The position numbers and the translations under genes are program-made. The notes under the pieces are model-generated. The model did no database searches and was not told where the DNA came from. It saw nothing but the letters and a program-made list of their open reading frames with translations. Positions 33,336-44,555 of a DNA stretch of 64,000 bases are shown here, in pieces. Within the stretch, counting starts at the first letter, position 1, and every line of letters begins with the position of its first letter. Source of the DNA: an uncultured Alphaproteobacteria bacterium (GTDB taxonomy: Bacteria; Pseudomonadota; Alphaproteobacteria; Rhodobacterales; Rhodobacteraceae); assembly GCA_963697935.1 (NCBI GenBank), contig OY969107.1, forward strand, positions 2,542,415 to 2,606,414, given 5' to 3'.

Positions 33336-33895
33336 TCAGGACAGGGCGGCGCGCAGGGTTGCCTCCACCGCCGCCATGTCGGCGGCCACGGTGACAAAAC
33401 CCATCAGCGAGGCATCGGCGAAGCCCTGCTCGATGACATGGTCGAGCAGATCGACCAGCGGATCCCAGTAGCCGCCGATGTTGAGCAGCACGATCGGCTT
33501 CGCGTGCAGGCCCAGCTGGCGCCAGGTCAGCACCTCGAAGAATTCGTCGAGCGAGCCCGCGCCGCCGGGCAGCACCACGATGGCATCGGCATTCATGAAC
33601 ATCACCTTCTTGCGCTCGTGCATGGTCTCGGTGACGACGAGCGTGTCGAGCGTCGCGCTTGCCGACCTCGCGGTCGAGCAGATGCCTGGGAATGACGCCA
33701 AAGGTGCTCGCCGCCGGCTGCCTGGGCGGCGCGCGCGACCTCGCCCATCAGCCCGACATCGCCCGCGCCATAGACCAGCCGCCATTTGTTGGCCGCCAGC
33801 ATGTGGCCCAGATCGCTGGCCGCGCGGCGGTAGCCGGGATCGGCCCCGACGCGGGAGCCGCAGAAGACGCAGACGGATGGCAAAGCAGCATTCAC
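33336..33895 (-). CDS. LOG family protein (TIGR00730; cytokinin riboside 5'-monophosphate phosphoribohydrolase-like), apparent frameshifts
   Basis: [50 protein letters not shown], then [55 protein letters not shown]. The GTG at 33895 has an aaagga RBS. Upstream ATGs at 33946 and 33970 are alternative starts. Confidence 0.85.
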
Positions 33896-34018
33896 CTTGT
33901 GGGTCCTTTCAGTGACAGGCGGGAAAGAGAGATTTTGACCGGACATAGTCGCGTTGCTATGGTCGCTCAACCGGTTTACCGGAAATGACGGCGATGATGC
34001 GGGTTTGGCGGCCGGTCA

Positions 34019-35547
34019 TTGGCAAGGGACAAGGGCAGGGGATTGGCGTTGGCTGGACAGGAAGCGCAGTTTAGCGCAGCGCGCGCCGCGAAGGGTGCGG
34101 GCGCGGGGCTTGCGGTCGTGATTCGTGGCCCTGATGCTGTTTCCCGGCCTGCGCCCCGAATGGCTGCCCGGCGGCATCTTTCCCGAACCGCCCGCCGAAT
34201 TGCTGACTCCCGGCGACCAGGCGGGTTCGGGCGTTGCCACCCCCACCACCGAGGCCGCGCCCGAGGCCACCGCAGCCGGCGATGCGCCGGCCACCGAAAG
34301 CCCCGACGCGGCCCCCGCGGTCGTGGACCCGGATGCAACCGTCGATGCGGCCACCACGGTCGTCGATCCGGCAGCACCGACCTTGATGTGGTGCGCATCG
34401 ATGCCGATGGCGCCGGCCTAGTGGCCGGCCATGCCCTGCCCGGCGCGGTGATCGCGATCATGGTCGGAGAGGTGGAAGTGGCGCGGGCCGAGGCCGACGG
34501 CTCGGGCAATTTCGTGGCATTCCTGACGCTCGATGCCTCTGCCGATCCCCGGATGCTGACGCTGGTGGCCGATCCCGATGGCGCGGCCGTGGCCTCGGCT
34601 GCCGATGTCATACTGGCCCCGACCGGCGCCACCGCGCTTGCCGATGCCAGCGGCGTTGAAACCGGGGCGGATGGCACGGCAGATCCGGCGGCAGTCGCGG
34701 CCGACCAGACGGTTGACGCAAGCGCGGTGCCGGCCGAGGGTGACGCGGCCGTCGCCGCGACCGCAACCACCGAGGGCGCAGCCCCTGACGCCGCGGCGGA
34801 GGGATTGGCCGAGGCTGGCGCGAGCGATGCCGCGGCCGAGGCGCCGGCCAGCGATGCCGCCACCGCCACGACCCTGCCACCGCCACGACCTCCACCGCCG
34901 GTCTTTCCGGCGCCCCGGCCACGGATACCGTTGCCGACGCCGCCACCGGCGATGCAGCCGCGGGCTCGGACGCGCAACCGGCGATCCTGCTGGCCGATGA
35001 CAGCGGCGTCGCCGTGGTGCAGCCGGCCATCGAGGCCGATGCCTCGCCCGAGGTGATGTCGGCGGTGGCGCTCGACGCCATCACCTACGAGCCTTCGGGC
35101 GAAGTGCTGCTGGCGGGCCGGGCGGCGATTGACAGCATCGTGCGCATCTACATCGACAATGCCGCCGTGATCGAGGCGCCGGTCACCCCCGAGGGCGGCT
35201 GGAGCACCGACCTGCCGCAGGTGGTTGCAGGCGTCTACACCCTGCGCATCGACGAGGTGAATGCCGGCGGCGAGGTCGCCTCGCGGATCGAGACCCCCTT
35301 CAAGCTCGAAGAGCCCAGCGCGATTGCCGCCTCGATGAGCGACGCGACCGCCTCCGGCACCGGGGTGGCGGTCAGGGTGGTGCAGCCGGGCAATACGCTC
35401 TGGGCCATCGCGCGCGACCGCTATGGCGAGGGCATCCTCTACGTGGCGGTGTTCGAGGCCAACCGTGACCGGATCCGCGACCCGGACCTGATCTATCCGG
35501 GGCAGGTCTTTACCCTGCCGGACCTGCCGCAATCCCCAGATCAATAG
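34019..35547 (+). CDS. LysM peptidoglycan-binding domain protein with a long Ala/Asp/Thr/Pro-rich low-complexity linker, apparent frameshifts
   Basis: C-terminal LysM domain (VRVVQPGNTLWAIARDRYGEGILYVAVFEANRDRIRDPDLIYPGQVFTLP). Two Ig-like segments are present (FDVVRIDADGAGLVAGHALPGAVIAIMVGEVEVARAEADGSGNF and VLLAGRAAIDSIVRIYIDNAAVIEAPVTPEGGW). The N-terminal TM segment spans a frame break near 34128. Confidence 0.75.
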
Positions 35548-35606
35548 GCACTGGTATCCGGCGCCTGGCCTAACTAGGTTAGCCGTTCAGCATCCCGGAG
35601 CCGTTC

Positions 35607-37448
35607 ATGCGTCGCTTGCCCAAGACCGCCGCCAATCTTTCCAACGCCGGAAGATCGAAGGCTGGAACGTCATTCGCCGCGTCATGCCCTACCTCTGGCC
35701 CGAGGGGCAGTTCTGGGTGAAATGGCGGGTGGTGGCGGCGCTTGCGGTGCTGGTGCTGGCCAAGCTGATCGCCGTGGCCACGCCGATCTTCTACAAGCAG
35801 GCGGTGGACGCGCTGGCGCGGCGACGCCAGTATCGGCCACCTGGCTGCTGGCCATCGGCGCGGTCGGGCTGACCGTGGCCTACGGTCTGGCGCGGCTGGC
35901 GAATGTCGGCTTCCAGCAGTTGCGCGACGTGATCTTTACGCCGGTGGGCCAGCGGGCGCTGCGGCAGCTGGCGCTCGAGACCTTCACCCATATCCACCGC
36001 CTGTCGATGCGCTATCACATCACCCGCAAGACCGGCGGCCTGAGCCGGATGATCGAGCGCGGCGTCAAGGGCGTCGATTTCCTGCTGCGGTTCCTGCTGT
36101 TCTCGATCGGGCCGCTGGTGCTGGAACTGCTGATGATCTCGGCGGTGCTCTTCTTCCTGTTCGACGTCTGGTATCTGGCGGTGGTGGCGCTGACCATCGC
36201 GCTCTATGTCTGGTTCACCTTCGCGGTCACCGAATGGCGGGTGAAGATCCGCAAGGTGATGAACGATCAGGACACCGACGCCAACCAGAAGGCGATCGAC
36301 AGCCTGCTGAACTTCGAGACGGTCAAGTATTTCGGCGCCGAAAGCTGCGCGAGGCCGACCGCTATGACCGCGCCATGGCGCGCTACGAGGCGGCCGCGAT
36401 CAAGCACCAACTATTCGCTGGCCTTCCTCAACTTCGGCCAGTCGGTGCTGATCACCGGCGGCCTGGTCGCGGTGATGGTGATGGCGGCCGTGGGCGTGCA
36501 GACGGGCACGCTGACGGTGGGCGATTTCGTCATGGTCAACGCCTACATGATCCAGATCACCATGCCGCTGAACTTCCTCGGCACGGTCTACCGCGAGATC
36601 CGGCAGGCGCTGATCGACATGGCCGACATGTTCGACCTGCTGGAGCAGCCCGCCGAGGTGCACCGACAAGCCCGATGCCAGGCCGTTGCAGGTCAAGGGC
36701 GGCAGGGTGCAGTTCGACGATGTGGCCTTTGGCTATGATGCCGAGCGGCCGATCCTCAAGGGGGTGTCGCTCGAGGTCGAGCCGGGGCAGACGGTCGCCA
36801 TCGTCGGGCTCGTCGGGTTCGGGCAAGTCGACCATCGGGCGGCTGCTGTTCCGGTTTTACGACGTGAGCGGCGGCGCGGTGAGGATCGACGGACAGGACG
36901 TGCGCGACGTGACGCAGAGCTCAGCCTGCATGCGCTGATCGGGGTGGTGCCGCAGGATACGGTGCTGTTCAACGACACCATCCATTACAACATCGCCTAT
37001 GGCCGCCCGGACGCATCCGAGGCCGAGATCGATCGCCGCCGCCAAGGCCGCCAAGATCCACGATTTCATCATCGGCGCTGCCGGACTGGGCTACCAGACC
37101 ACGGTGGGCGAGCGCGGGCTCAAGCTGTCGGGCGGCGAAAAGCAGCGGGTCGGCATCGCCCGGACCCTGCTGAAGAACCCGCCGATCCTGATCCTCGACG
37201 AGGCCACTTCGGCGCTCGACACCGAGACCGAGATGGAGATCCAGGCCGAGCTGAAGGCCATGGGGCAGGGACGCACGGTGCTGACCATCGCGCACCGGCT
37301 CTCGACCATTGCCGATGCCGATCTGATCGTGGTGCTGGAAGACGGGCAGGTGGTCGAGCGGGGCACGCATGACCAGCTTCTGGAGCGCGACGGGCGTTAT
37401 GCGCAGTTGTGGAACCGGCAAGAGGCGGAAGAGGCGCAGGCGGCCTGA
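35607..37448 (+). CDS. ABC transporter permease/ATPase of the Atm1/HMT1 (ABCB7-like) exporter type, apparent frameshifts
   Basis: [45 protein letters not shown]; TM-domain fragment at 35722-36400. The NBD carries [36 protein letters not shown]...[36 protein letters not shown]. Confidence 0.82.
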
Positions 37449-37529
37449 CGCCGGCGCGGTGGTGGGGCAAGGGCTTGGCAAGGGCTTGGGCTTCACGATA
37501 AGACGGGTCCAAATCAGACGGGGGCGGGC

Positions 37530-38195
37530 GTGAGCAACAACGACAGTTTCATCGACGAGGTGACCGAGGCCGTCCGCAGCGACCAGCTCTATGGCTATCT
37601 GCGCCGTTACGGCTGGATCGGCGTGCTGGTGGTGGTCGGACTGGTGGGCGGGGCCGGCTGGTCCGAGTGGCAATCGGCGCGCAATCAGGCCGCCGCGCAG
37701 GCGGTGGGCGATGCGCTGCTGAGCGCGCTCGAGACCCAGGACCCGGCGGCGCGCCAGGCCGCCTTCGATGCCATTCCCGCGACGGGATCGGCGGGCGCCA
37801 TCGTGGCGCTGCTGGGCGCCTCCGAGTATGAGACCGCCGGCAACGAGGCCGCCTCGGTTGCCGCGCTGACCGCGCTGGCCGCTGACACCACCCAGCCCGA
37901 GATCTACCGCGAGCTGGCGGGCCTCAAGGCGGCGATGCTGGCGGGGGGCTGGGACAGCGAAGATGCGCGCATGGCGGCCTTGCAGGAGCTGGCGGTGCCG
38001 GGGCGGCCGTTCCGGCTGCTGGCGCAGGAGCAGATCGCCTTCATGCAGACCGAGAGCGGCGACAAGGAGGCGGCAATCGCCACCTTGCGCGCCATCGTCG
38101 AGGATGCCGACGTGACGCAGGGCTTGCGCGAGAGGTCGCTAGGGCTGATTGTGGCACTGGGCGGAGAGATCACGGCGCCGACGGCGTCGAACTAG
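37530..38195 (+). CDS. YfgM-like membrane-anchored TPR-like protein (conserved partner upstream of bamB-der)
   Basis: GTG start. SFIDEVTEAVRSDQLYGYLRRYGWIGVLVVVGLVGGAGW gives a single N-terminal TM segment, followed by an Ala-rich helical domain. The call rests on yfgM-bamB-der-type synteny. The ORF is intact. Confidence 0.55.
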   Translation: MSNNDSFIDEVTEAVRSDQLYGYLRRYGWIGVLVVVGLVGGAGWSEWQSARNQAAAQAVGDALLSALETQDPAARQAAFDAIPATGSAGAIVALLGASEYETAGNEAASVAALTALAADTTQPEIYRELAGLKAAMLAGGWDSEDARMAALQELAVPGRPFRLLAQEQIAFMQTESGDKEAAIATLRAIVEDADVTQGLRERSLGLIVALGGEITAPTASN

Positions 38196-38223
38196 GATCC
38201 AAGAACCACGAGAGGCGCGGGCC

Positions 38224-39534
38224 GTGACTGTCAAGACCATCATCGGAGCGACACTTGTCATCGGCCTGCTGGCCGGATGCAGCCAGCGCGACGTGATCCT
38301 GCCGGGCGAGCGGCTGGATCTGCGCGACGGACTGGCGGGCCAGACCACCGAGACCGCCAACCGCACCGCGCCGATCCGGCTGCCGGCGGCGCAGGCCAAC
38401 AGCGACTGGACCCATCGCAATGGCGGCCCCGAACACCGCATCACCCATCCGGCGCTCGGGGCCAGCCTGGCCCCGGTCTTCGCGGTCGATATCGGCGAGG
38501 GCAACAGCCGCCGCGCCCGCATCACCGCCGATCCGGTGGTGGCGGGCGGGCGCGTGTTCACGCTCGATGCCCGCGCGTTGGTGACGGCGACCTCTACCGC
38601 CGGCGCGCCCTTGTGGAGCCACGCCACCTCGACCGGGCGCGACAGCCTGAGCGACGCCTCGGGCGGCGGGATCGCCTATGGCGACGGCAAGGTGATCGTC
38701 ACCACCGGCTTTGGCCGGGTGACCGCGCTCGACCCGGCGACGGGCGCGGTGTTGTGGGAGCAGGAGCTCAACGCGCCCGGCAGCTCGGCGCCGACCGTGC
38801 GCGGCAGCCTGATCTACGTGATGTCGCGCGACAGCCGCGCCTGGGCGCTGGAATCGGGCAATGGCCGCATCCGCTGGCAACTGGCCGGCACGCCGACGAC
38901 CGCCAATTTCAGCGGTGGCGCCGGGGCGGCGGTGGCGCGTGACCTGGTGATCTTCCCGTTCTCGTCGGGCGAGATTCTCGCGGCCTTCCCCGAAGGCGGG
39001 CTGCGGCGCTGGTCGGCGGTGGTGGCCGGGCAGCGGCTGGGCCGCGCGGCGGCAACCGTCTCGGACATCGCGGGCGACCCGGTCGTGGATGGCAACCGCG
39101 TCTATGCCGGCAACATCTCGGGCACCACGGTGGCGCTGGACCTGGCGACCGGAGACCGGATCTGGACCGCGACCGAGGGGGCCGCAGGGCCGGTCTGGCC
39201 GGTGGGCGGCTCGGTCTTCATGGTCAATGACCTCAACCAGCTGGTCCGGCTCGATGCCGCAGATGGCAGCGTGATCTGGCGTGTCGACCTGCCGCAATTC
39301 GAGCAGGACCGGGCGCGGCGGCAAAAGACGCTCTATGCGCATTTCGGCCCGATCCTGGCCGGGGGGCGGCTGATCGTCGCCTCGTCGGACGGGGTCATCC
39401 GCCAGTTCGATCCGGCCTCGGGCGCGCTGATCGGGCAGGTGGCGCTGCCGGGCGGTGCGGCCTCGAACCCGGTGGTGGCGGGCGGCACGCTCTACGTGGT
39501 CACCAATGACGGGCAACTGCTGGCTTTCCGTTAG
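38224..39534 (+). CDS. bamB: outer membrane protein assembly factor BamB-like PQQ beta-propeller lipoprotein
   Basis: Lipobox VIGLLAGCS after a GTG start. Repeated beta-propeller blades are present (ADPVVAGGRVFTLD, GGIAYGDGKVIVTTGFGRVTALDPATGAVLW, GNRVYAGNISGTTVALDLATGDRIW, GGTLYVVTNDGQLLAF). It lies upstream of der. The ORF is intact. Confidence 0.82.
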   Translation: MTVKTIIGATLVIGLLAGCSQRDVILPGERLDLRDGLAGQTTETANRTAPIRLPAAQANSDWTHRNGGPEHRITHPALGASLAPVFAVDIGEGNSRRARITADPVVAGGRVFTLDARALVTATSTAGAPLWSHATSTGRDSLSDASGGGIAYGDGKVIVTTGFGRVTALDPATGAVLWEQELNAPGSSAPTVRGSLIYVMSRDSRAWALESGNGRIRWQLAGTPTTANFSGGAGAAVARDLVIFPFSSGEILAAFPEGGLRRWSAVVAGQRLGRAAATVSDIAGDPVVDGNRVYAGNISGTTVALDLATGDRIWTATEGAAGPVWPVGGSVFMVNDLNQLVRLDAADGSVIWRVDLPQFEQDRARRQKTLYAHFGPILAGGRLIVASSDGVIRQFDPASGALIGQVALPGGAASNPVVAGGTLYVVTNDGQLLAFR

Positions 39535-39582
39535 CGGCGGATTGCTGTATCGGGCGGGCTTCGTTGCAGGAAACCGCGGATC

Positions 39583-41035
39583 ATGAGCTTTACCCTCGCC
39601 ATTGTCGGCCGCCCGAATGTCGGCAAATCGACGCTGTTCAACCGGCTGGTCGGCAAGCGTCTGGCGCTGGTCGATGACCAGCCCGGCGTGACGCGCGACC
39701 TGCGCGAGGGCGCGGCGCGGCTGGGCGATCTGCGATTTACCGTGATCGACACCGCCGGACTGGAGGAGGCCACCGACGAAAGCCTGCAGGGCCGGATGCG
39801 CAGGCTGACCGAACGCGCGGTGGAAATGGCCGATGTCTGCCTGTTCATGATCGACGCCCGCGCCGGCGTCCTGCCCGCCGACCAGATCTTTGCCGATATC
39901 CTGCGCAAGAAGAACGCCCATGTGATCCTCGCCGCCAACAAGGCCGAGGGCCGCGCCGGCGATGCCGGCTATCTCGAGGCCTTTTCGCTGGGGCTGGGCG
40001 AGCCGTTGCGCATCTCGGCCGAGCATGGCGAGGGCATGGGCGAATTGCTGGACGTGCTGATGCCGATCGCCGACGGGTTCGAGGAACGCGCCGAGGAGGA
40101 AGCCCCGGAAACCGACGTGGATGTGGGCGACGATGACGAGGACGCCCCGCGCCAGCTGACCCGCGAAAAGCCGCTGCAGATCGCCGTGGTGGGGCGGCCC
40201 AATGCCGGAAAATCCACGCTGATCAACCGGATCACTGGGCGAGGAGCGGCTGCTGACCGGCCCCGAGGCCGGGATCACCCGCGACGCGATTTCGGTGCCG
40301 ACGACTGTGGGACGGCGTGCCGATGCGCATCTTCGACACCGCCGGGATGCGCAAGAAGGCCAAGATCCAGGACAAGCTGGAAAAGCTCTCGGTCTCGGAC
40401 GGGTTGCGGGCGGTCAGGTTCGCCGAAGTGGTGGTGGTCCTGCTGGATGTCGAGATCCCGTTCGAGCAGCAGGACCTGCGCATCGCCGATCTGGCCGAGC
40501 GCGAGGGCCGCGCGGTGGTGATCGCGGTCAACAAATGGGACCTCGAGGACGACAAGCAGGACAAGCTCAAGGACCTGCGCGAGATGTTCGAGCGGCTGTT
40601 GCCGCAGTTGCGCGGCGCGCCGCTGGTCACGGTTTCGGCCAAGACCGGGCGCGGGCTCGACCGGCTGCACGCCGCGATCCTCAAGGCGCACGAGGTCTGG
40701 AACCGCCGCGTGACCACGGCGCAGCTCAACCGCTGGCTGACCGGCATGCTGGAGCAGCATCCGCCGCCGGCGCCGGGCGGGCGGCGGATCAAGATGCGCT
40801 ATGCCACCCAGGTCAAGACCCGGCCGCCGGCCTTCGTGGTGATGACCTCGCATCCCGAGGCGGTGCCGGAAAGCTATTCGCGCTATCTTGTCAACGGGTT
40901 GCGCGACGACTTTGACATGCCGGGACGCCGATCCGGCTGACCTTGCGCGACCAGAACGACAAGAACCCGTTCAAGGACCGCAAGAAATCGCAGCCCTCGA
41001 AGCTGAGCAAGCATCTGGGCAAGCCGCGCAAATAG
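39583..41035 (+). CDS. der: ribosome biogenesis GTPase Der (EngA), two apparent frameshifts near 40240-40320
   Basis: Two GTPase domains are present ([16 protein letters not shown]...DTAGL and [16 protein letters not shown]...FDTAGMRKK...NKWDL). The KH-like tail reads [43 protein letters not shown]. Confidence 0.92.
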
Positions 41036-41044
41036 ACCGGGCCG

Positions 41045-41098
41045 GCGGGGGTTTCACACCCCCGCACCCCCGTGAGGTATTTGTGCCAAAATGAAGGG
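41045..41098 (+). repeat. intergenic repeat copy: hairpin (gcggggg-tttcaca-cccccgc) plus box GGTATTTGTGCCAAAATGAAGGG
   Basis: The box at 41076-41098 is identical to the one at 2473-2495. The copy lies between convergent der and serS. Confidence 0.7.
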
Positions 41099-41103
41099 CG
41101 GGA

Positions 41104-42407
41104 TCAGGCCAGCGCGCCTTCGGCGGTGATCCGGGTCTTGCCCCGCAGGTAGGGATGCAGGGCAGCGGGCAGCGTGACCGATCCGTCCTGTTCCTGACCG
41201 TTTTCCAGGACCGCGATCAGGGTCCGCCCCACGGCGAGGCCCGAGCCGTTGAGCGTGTGCAGGAATTGCGGCTTGCCGCCATCGCCGGGGCGGAAGCGGG
41301 CATTCATGCGCCGCGCCTGATAGTCGCCGCAGGTGGAGACCGAGCTGATCTCGCGGTAGGTGTTCTGGCCCGGCAGCCAGACCTCGATGTCATGGGTGCG
41401 GCGCGCGCCCGCGCCCATGTCGCCGGTGCACAGCACCACGGTGCGGAAGGGCAGGCCCAGCCTGGCAAGGATGGCCTCGGCGCAGGCGGTCATGCGGGCA
41501 TGTTCGGCCTCGGACTGGTCCGGGCGTGGTGATCGAGACCATCTCGACCTTTTCGAACTGGTGCTGGCGCAGCATGCCGGCGGTGTCGCGCCCGGCGCTG
41601 CCGGCTTCGGAGCGGAAGCACTGGGTATGGGCGACATAGCGCCGCGGCAGGTGCTCTCGTCGACTACGATCGTCAAGCCGTTGACGAAATTGGTCAGCGT
41701 CACCTCGGCGGTCGGGATCAGCCACCAGCCATTGGTGGTCTGGTAGCTGTCTTCGCCGAATTTCGGCAGTTGGCCGGTGCCGATCATCATCTCCTCGCGC
41801 ACCAGCACCGGGGTCGATCGTTTCGGTCAGCCCGTGCTCTTCGACATGAGTGTCGAGCATGAACTGCGCCAGCGCCCGGTGCAGGCGCGCCATGGCACCT
41901 GACAGCACCACGAAGCGGCTGCCCGACAGCTTGCGCGCGCGGTCTCGAAATCCATGCCGCGGTCATGGCGTCCGCAAGCTGATAAGTGTTCCAGGGGCTG
42001 AAAGCGAAGTTGCGCGGGTGCCCACAGCGCCGGATCTCGACATTGTCGGCCTCGTCCCTGCCGTCGGGCACATCATCGTAGGGCAGGTTCGGGATGGTCA
42101 GCAGCAGGTCCTGCAACTGCTGGTCGAGCGCCTTGGCCTCGTCACCCATCTGGCCGATGCGCGCCTTCTGCTCGGCGATCAGCGCGCGCAGGCGCTCGAA
42201 CTCGGCGTCGTTGCCGCTGGCCCTGGCCGCGCCCGCATCCTTGCTGGCGCGATTCTGCTCGGCCTGCGCGGTTTCGGCGGCGTGGATGCGTTCGCGCCGG
42301 GCCTCGTCCAGACCGAGGATGGCCGGGGATTGCGGCGCCAGGCCCCGACGCGACAGCGCCGCATCGAAGGCGGCGGGATTTTCGCGGATGGCGCGGATAT
42401 CGTGCAT
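41104..42407 (-). CDS. serS: serine--tRNA ligase, apparent frameshifts
   Basis: [23 protein letters not shown]... coiled-coil arm, then [26 protein letters not shown]. Class II core fragments read [33 protein letters not shown] and [33 protein letters not shown]. Confidence 0.92.
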
Positions 42408-42584
42408 GTTTCCGGTCCTTGGGTCTGGTGTTGCAGGCTCGTGCCCCCATATGCCGCAAAGGCCGGTGGCTGTGAACAGGGAAATCCGGGCGGGCGCATT
42501 GCCATTCCCGGGGCGCAGGACTAACGTGCCGCGACTTTTGCGGGGGAGCTCTCCGCGAGCAGAAACACGAGACCAAGGAACGTC

Positions 42585-42866
42585 ATGCAGGGCATACAAT
42601 CGATCATTCCGCTGATTCTGATTTTCGGGATCATGTACTTCCTCCTGATCCGGCCGCAGCAGAAGAAGCTGAAGGATCATCAGGCGCTGGTCGCGGCCCT
42701 GCGCCGCGGCGATCAGGTGGTGACCGCGGGCGGCATCGTCGGCAAGGTGACCAAGGTCAAGGACGACAATGAGGTCGAGATCGAGATCGCGACGGGCGTC
42801 AATGTGCGTGTCATCCGATCGACCATCACCACCGTCCTGAACAAGACCGAGCCGGCCAAGTCCTGA
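42585..42866 (+). CDS. yajC: preprotein translocase subunit YajC
   Basis: IPLILIFGIMYFLLIRPQQKKLKDHQALVAALRRGDQVVTAGGIVGKVTKV. The ORF is intact and lies upstream of secD. Confidence 0.92.
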   Translation: MQGIQSIIPLILIFGIMYFLLIRPQQKKLKDHQALVAALRRGDQVVTAGGIVGKVTKVKDDNEVEIEIATGVNVRVIRSTITTVLNKTEPAKS

Positions 42867-42887
42867 TCTCCGGTCCGAGGGCCCAAT

Positions 42888-44552
42888 ATGCTACAAATCC
42901 CACTCTGGCGGCAGATAGTCATCGTCCTGACCTGCCTTGTCGGCCTGTCGCTGGCGCTGCCCAACGCGTTCTATGACCGGGTCGAGCGGAGCAATGACGC
43001 GAGAAAGGTGATCGCCAGCGGGCTGAGCACCGACGCACTGGAGGCTGAGGCGGCGCTCTGGCCGTCCTTCCTGCCCTCGGGGCTGGTCAATCTCGGGCTC
43101 GACCTGCGCGGCGGGGCGCATCTTCTGGCCGAGGTCAACGTGCAGGATGTCTATGCCCAGCGCATGGACACGCTCTGGCCGGAAGTGCGCGACGTGCTGG
43201 CCGCATCGCGCGACGAGCTGGGCTTTGTCACCCGCGAGGCGGGGCCGGCGGACGAGTTGCGGGTGCGCATCGCCAATGCCGGCGCCATGCCCAAGGCGCT
43301 GGAGCTGGGGCGCGGTCTGTCGCGCCCGGTGGTGTCGCTGACCGGTGCGGGCGCCTCCGACATCGACGTGACCGCCGAGAACGACATCCTGATCTTCCGC
43401 CTGAGCGAGGCCGAGCGCGTGGCATCGGATGCCCGCACGGTCCAGCAGGCGCTGGAGATCATCCGCCGCCGGATCGACGAGGTCGGCACCCGCGAGCCGA
43501 CGATCGTCCAGCAGGGCGCCCAGCGGATCCTGGTGCAGGTGCCGGGCGTGGGTTCGGCGCAGGAGGTCAAGGACATCATCGGCACCACGGCGCAGCTGAC
43601 CTTCCAGCCGGTTGTCAGCCGGGTGACCGACGCCAATGCCGATCCGGGCGGGACCGGCAACGAGGTGCTGCCCTCGCTCAACGAGCCGGGGGTCTACTAC
43701 ATCCTGGAGCGCACGCCGGTCGTGACCGGCGAGGAACTGGTCGATGCGCAGCCCTCCTTCGACCAGAACGGGCGCCCGGCGGTCAATTTCCGCTTCAACC
43801 CCTCGGGCGCGCGCAAGTTCGGCGACTACACGGCCGAGAATATCGGCGCGCCCTTTGCCATCGTGCTCGATGACGAGGTGATCTCGGCGCCGACCATCCA
43901 GAGCCATATTCCGGGCGGGTCGGGCATCATCACCGGCTCGTTCACCATCGAGGAATCGACCAATCTTGCGGTGCTGCTGCGCGCCGGCGCCCTGCCGGCC
44001 GGGCTGACCTTCCTCGAGGAGCGCACCGTCGGGCCGGAACTGGGCCAGGACAGCATCGACGCCGGCAAGACCGCGGCCCTGGTCGGCTTTGCCGCAGTCG
44101 TGGTCTTCATGATCCTGACCTACGGCCTGTTCGGCGTGTTGGCCGCCATCGCGCTGACCATCAACGTCGGGCTGATCTTCGGCGTCCTGTCGCTGATCGG
44201 CTCGACCCTGACGCTGCCGGGCATCGCGGCGATCGTGCTGACCATGGGCATGGCGGTGGATGCCAACGTGCTGGTCTACGAGCGCATCCGCGAGGAACTC
44301 AAGACCGCGCGCGGTCCGGCGCGGGCGATCGAGCTGGGCTATGAGCGGGCGCTTTCGGCGATCGTCGACTCCAACCTGACGACGATCATCACCGCCTTCA
44401 TCCTGTTCGCGCTGGGGGCCGGTCCGGTGCGCGGCTTTGCCATCGCGCTGGGTCTGGGCATCGTCACCTCGGTGTTCACGGCCCTGTTTGTCACGCGACT
44501 GATGATCGTCTGGTGGTTCCAGCGGCGTCGTCCGAAAACCATCGAGGTCTAG
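42888..44552 (+). CDS. secD: protein translocase subunit SecD
   Basis: 554-aa intact ORF. LGLDLRGGAHLLAEV, ILVQVPGVGSAQEVKDIIGTTAQLTF and GSFTIEESTNLAVLLRAGALPAGLTFLEERTVGPELG, with six C-terminal TM helices. Confidence 0.95.
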   Translation: MLQIPLWRQIVIVLTCLVGLSLALPNAFYDRVERSNDARKVIASGLSTDALEAEAALWPSFLPSGLVNLGLDLRGGAHLLAEVNVQDVYAQRMDTLWPEVRDVLAASRDELGFVTREAGPADELRVRIANAGAMPKALELGRGLSRPVVSLTGAGASDIDVTAENDILIFRLSEAERVASDARTVQQALEIIRRRIDEVGTREPTIVQQGAQRILVQVPGVGSAQEVKDIIGTTAQLTFQPVVSRVTDANADPGGTGNEVLPSLNEPGVYYILERTPVVTGEELVDAQPSFDQNGRPAVNFRFNPSGARKFGDYTAENIGAPFAIVLDDEVISAPTIQSHIPGGSGIITGSFTIEESTNLAVLLRAGALPAGLTFLEERTVGPELGQDSIDAGKTAALVGFAAVVVFMILTYGLFGVLAAIALTINVGLIFGVLSLIGSTLTLPGIAAIVLTMGMAVDANVLVYERIREELKTARGPARAIELGYERALSAIVDSNLTTIITAFILFALGAGPVRGFAIALGLGIVTSVFTALFVTRLMIVWWFQRRRPKTIEV

Positions 44553-44555
44553 ATC

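Noticed and set aside
34150-34990. Ala/Asp/Thr/Pro-rich part of the LysM gene as a DNA tandem-repeat array
   Set aside because: I could not identify a repeating unit of fixed length. It is compositional low complexity (a disordered linker), not a true tandem repeat.
38170-40278. 702-aa ORF on the minus strand. Similar very long ORFs occur at 42891-45032 (-), 6866-8692 (+), 53391-55082 (+), 45889-47514 (-), 33976-35544 (-), 31096-32523 (-) and 58255-59625 (+).
   Set aside because: Each lies antisense to or overlaps a confidently recognised gene (bamB/der, secD, imuB/imuA, DUF1223/acyltransferase, ccmABC, LysM, GSCFA, purB). Each has the Arg/Gly/Pro/Ala-rich composition of shadow ORFs, which arise because stop codons are rare in very GC-rich DNA. 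None carries a recognisable motif.
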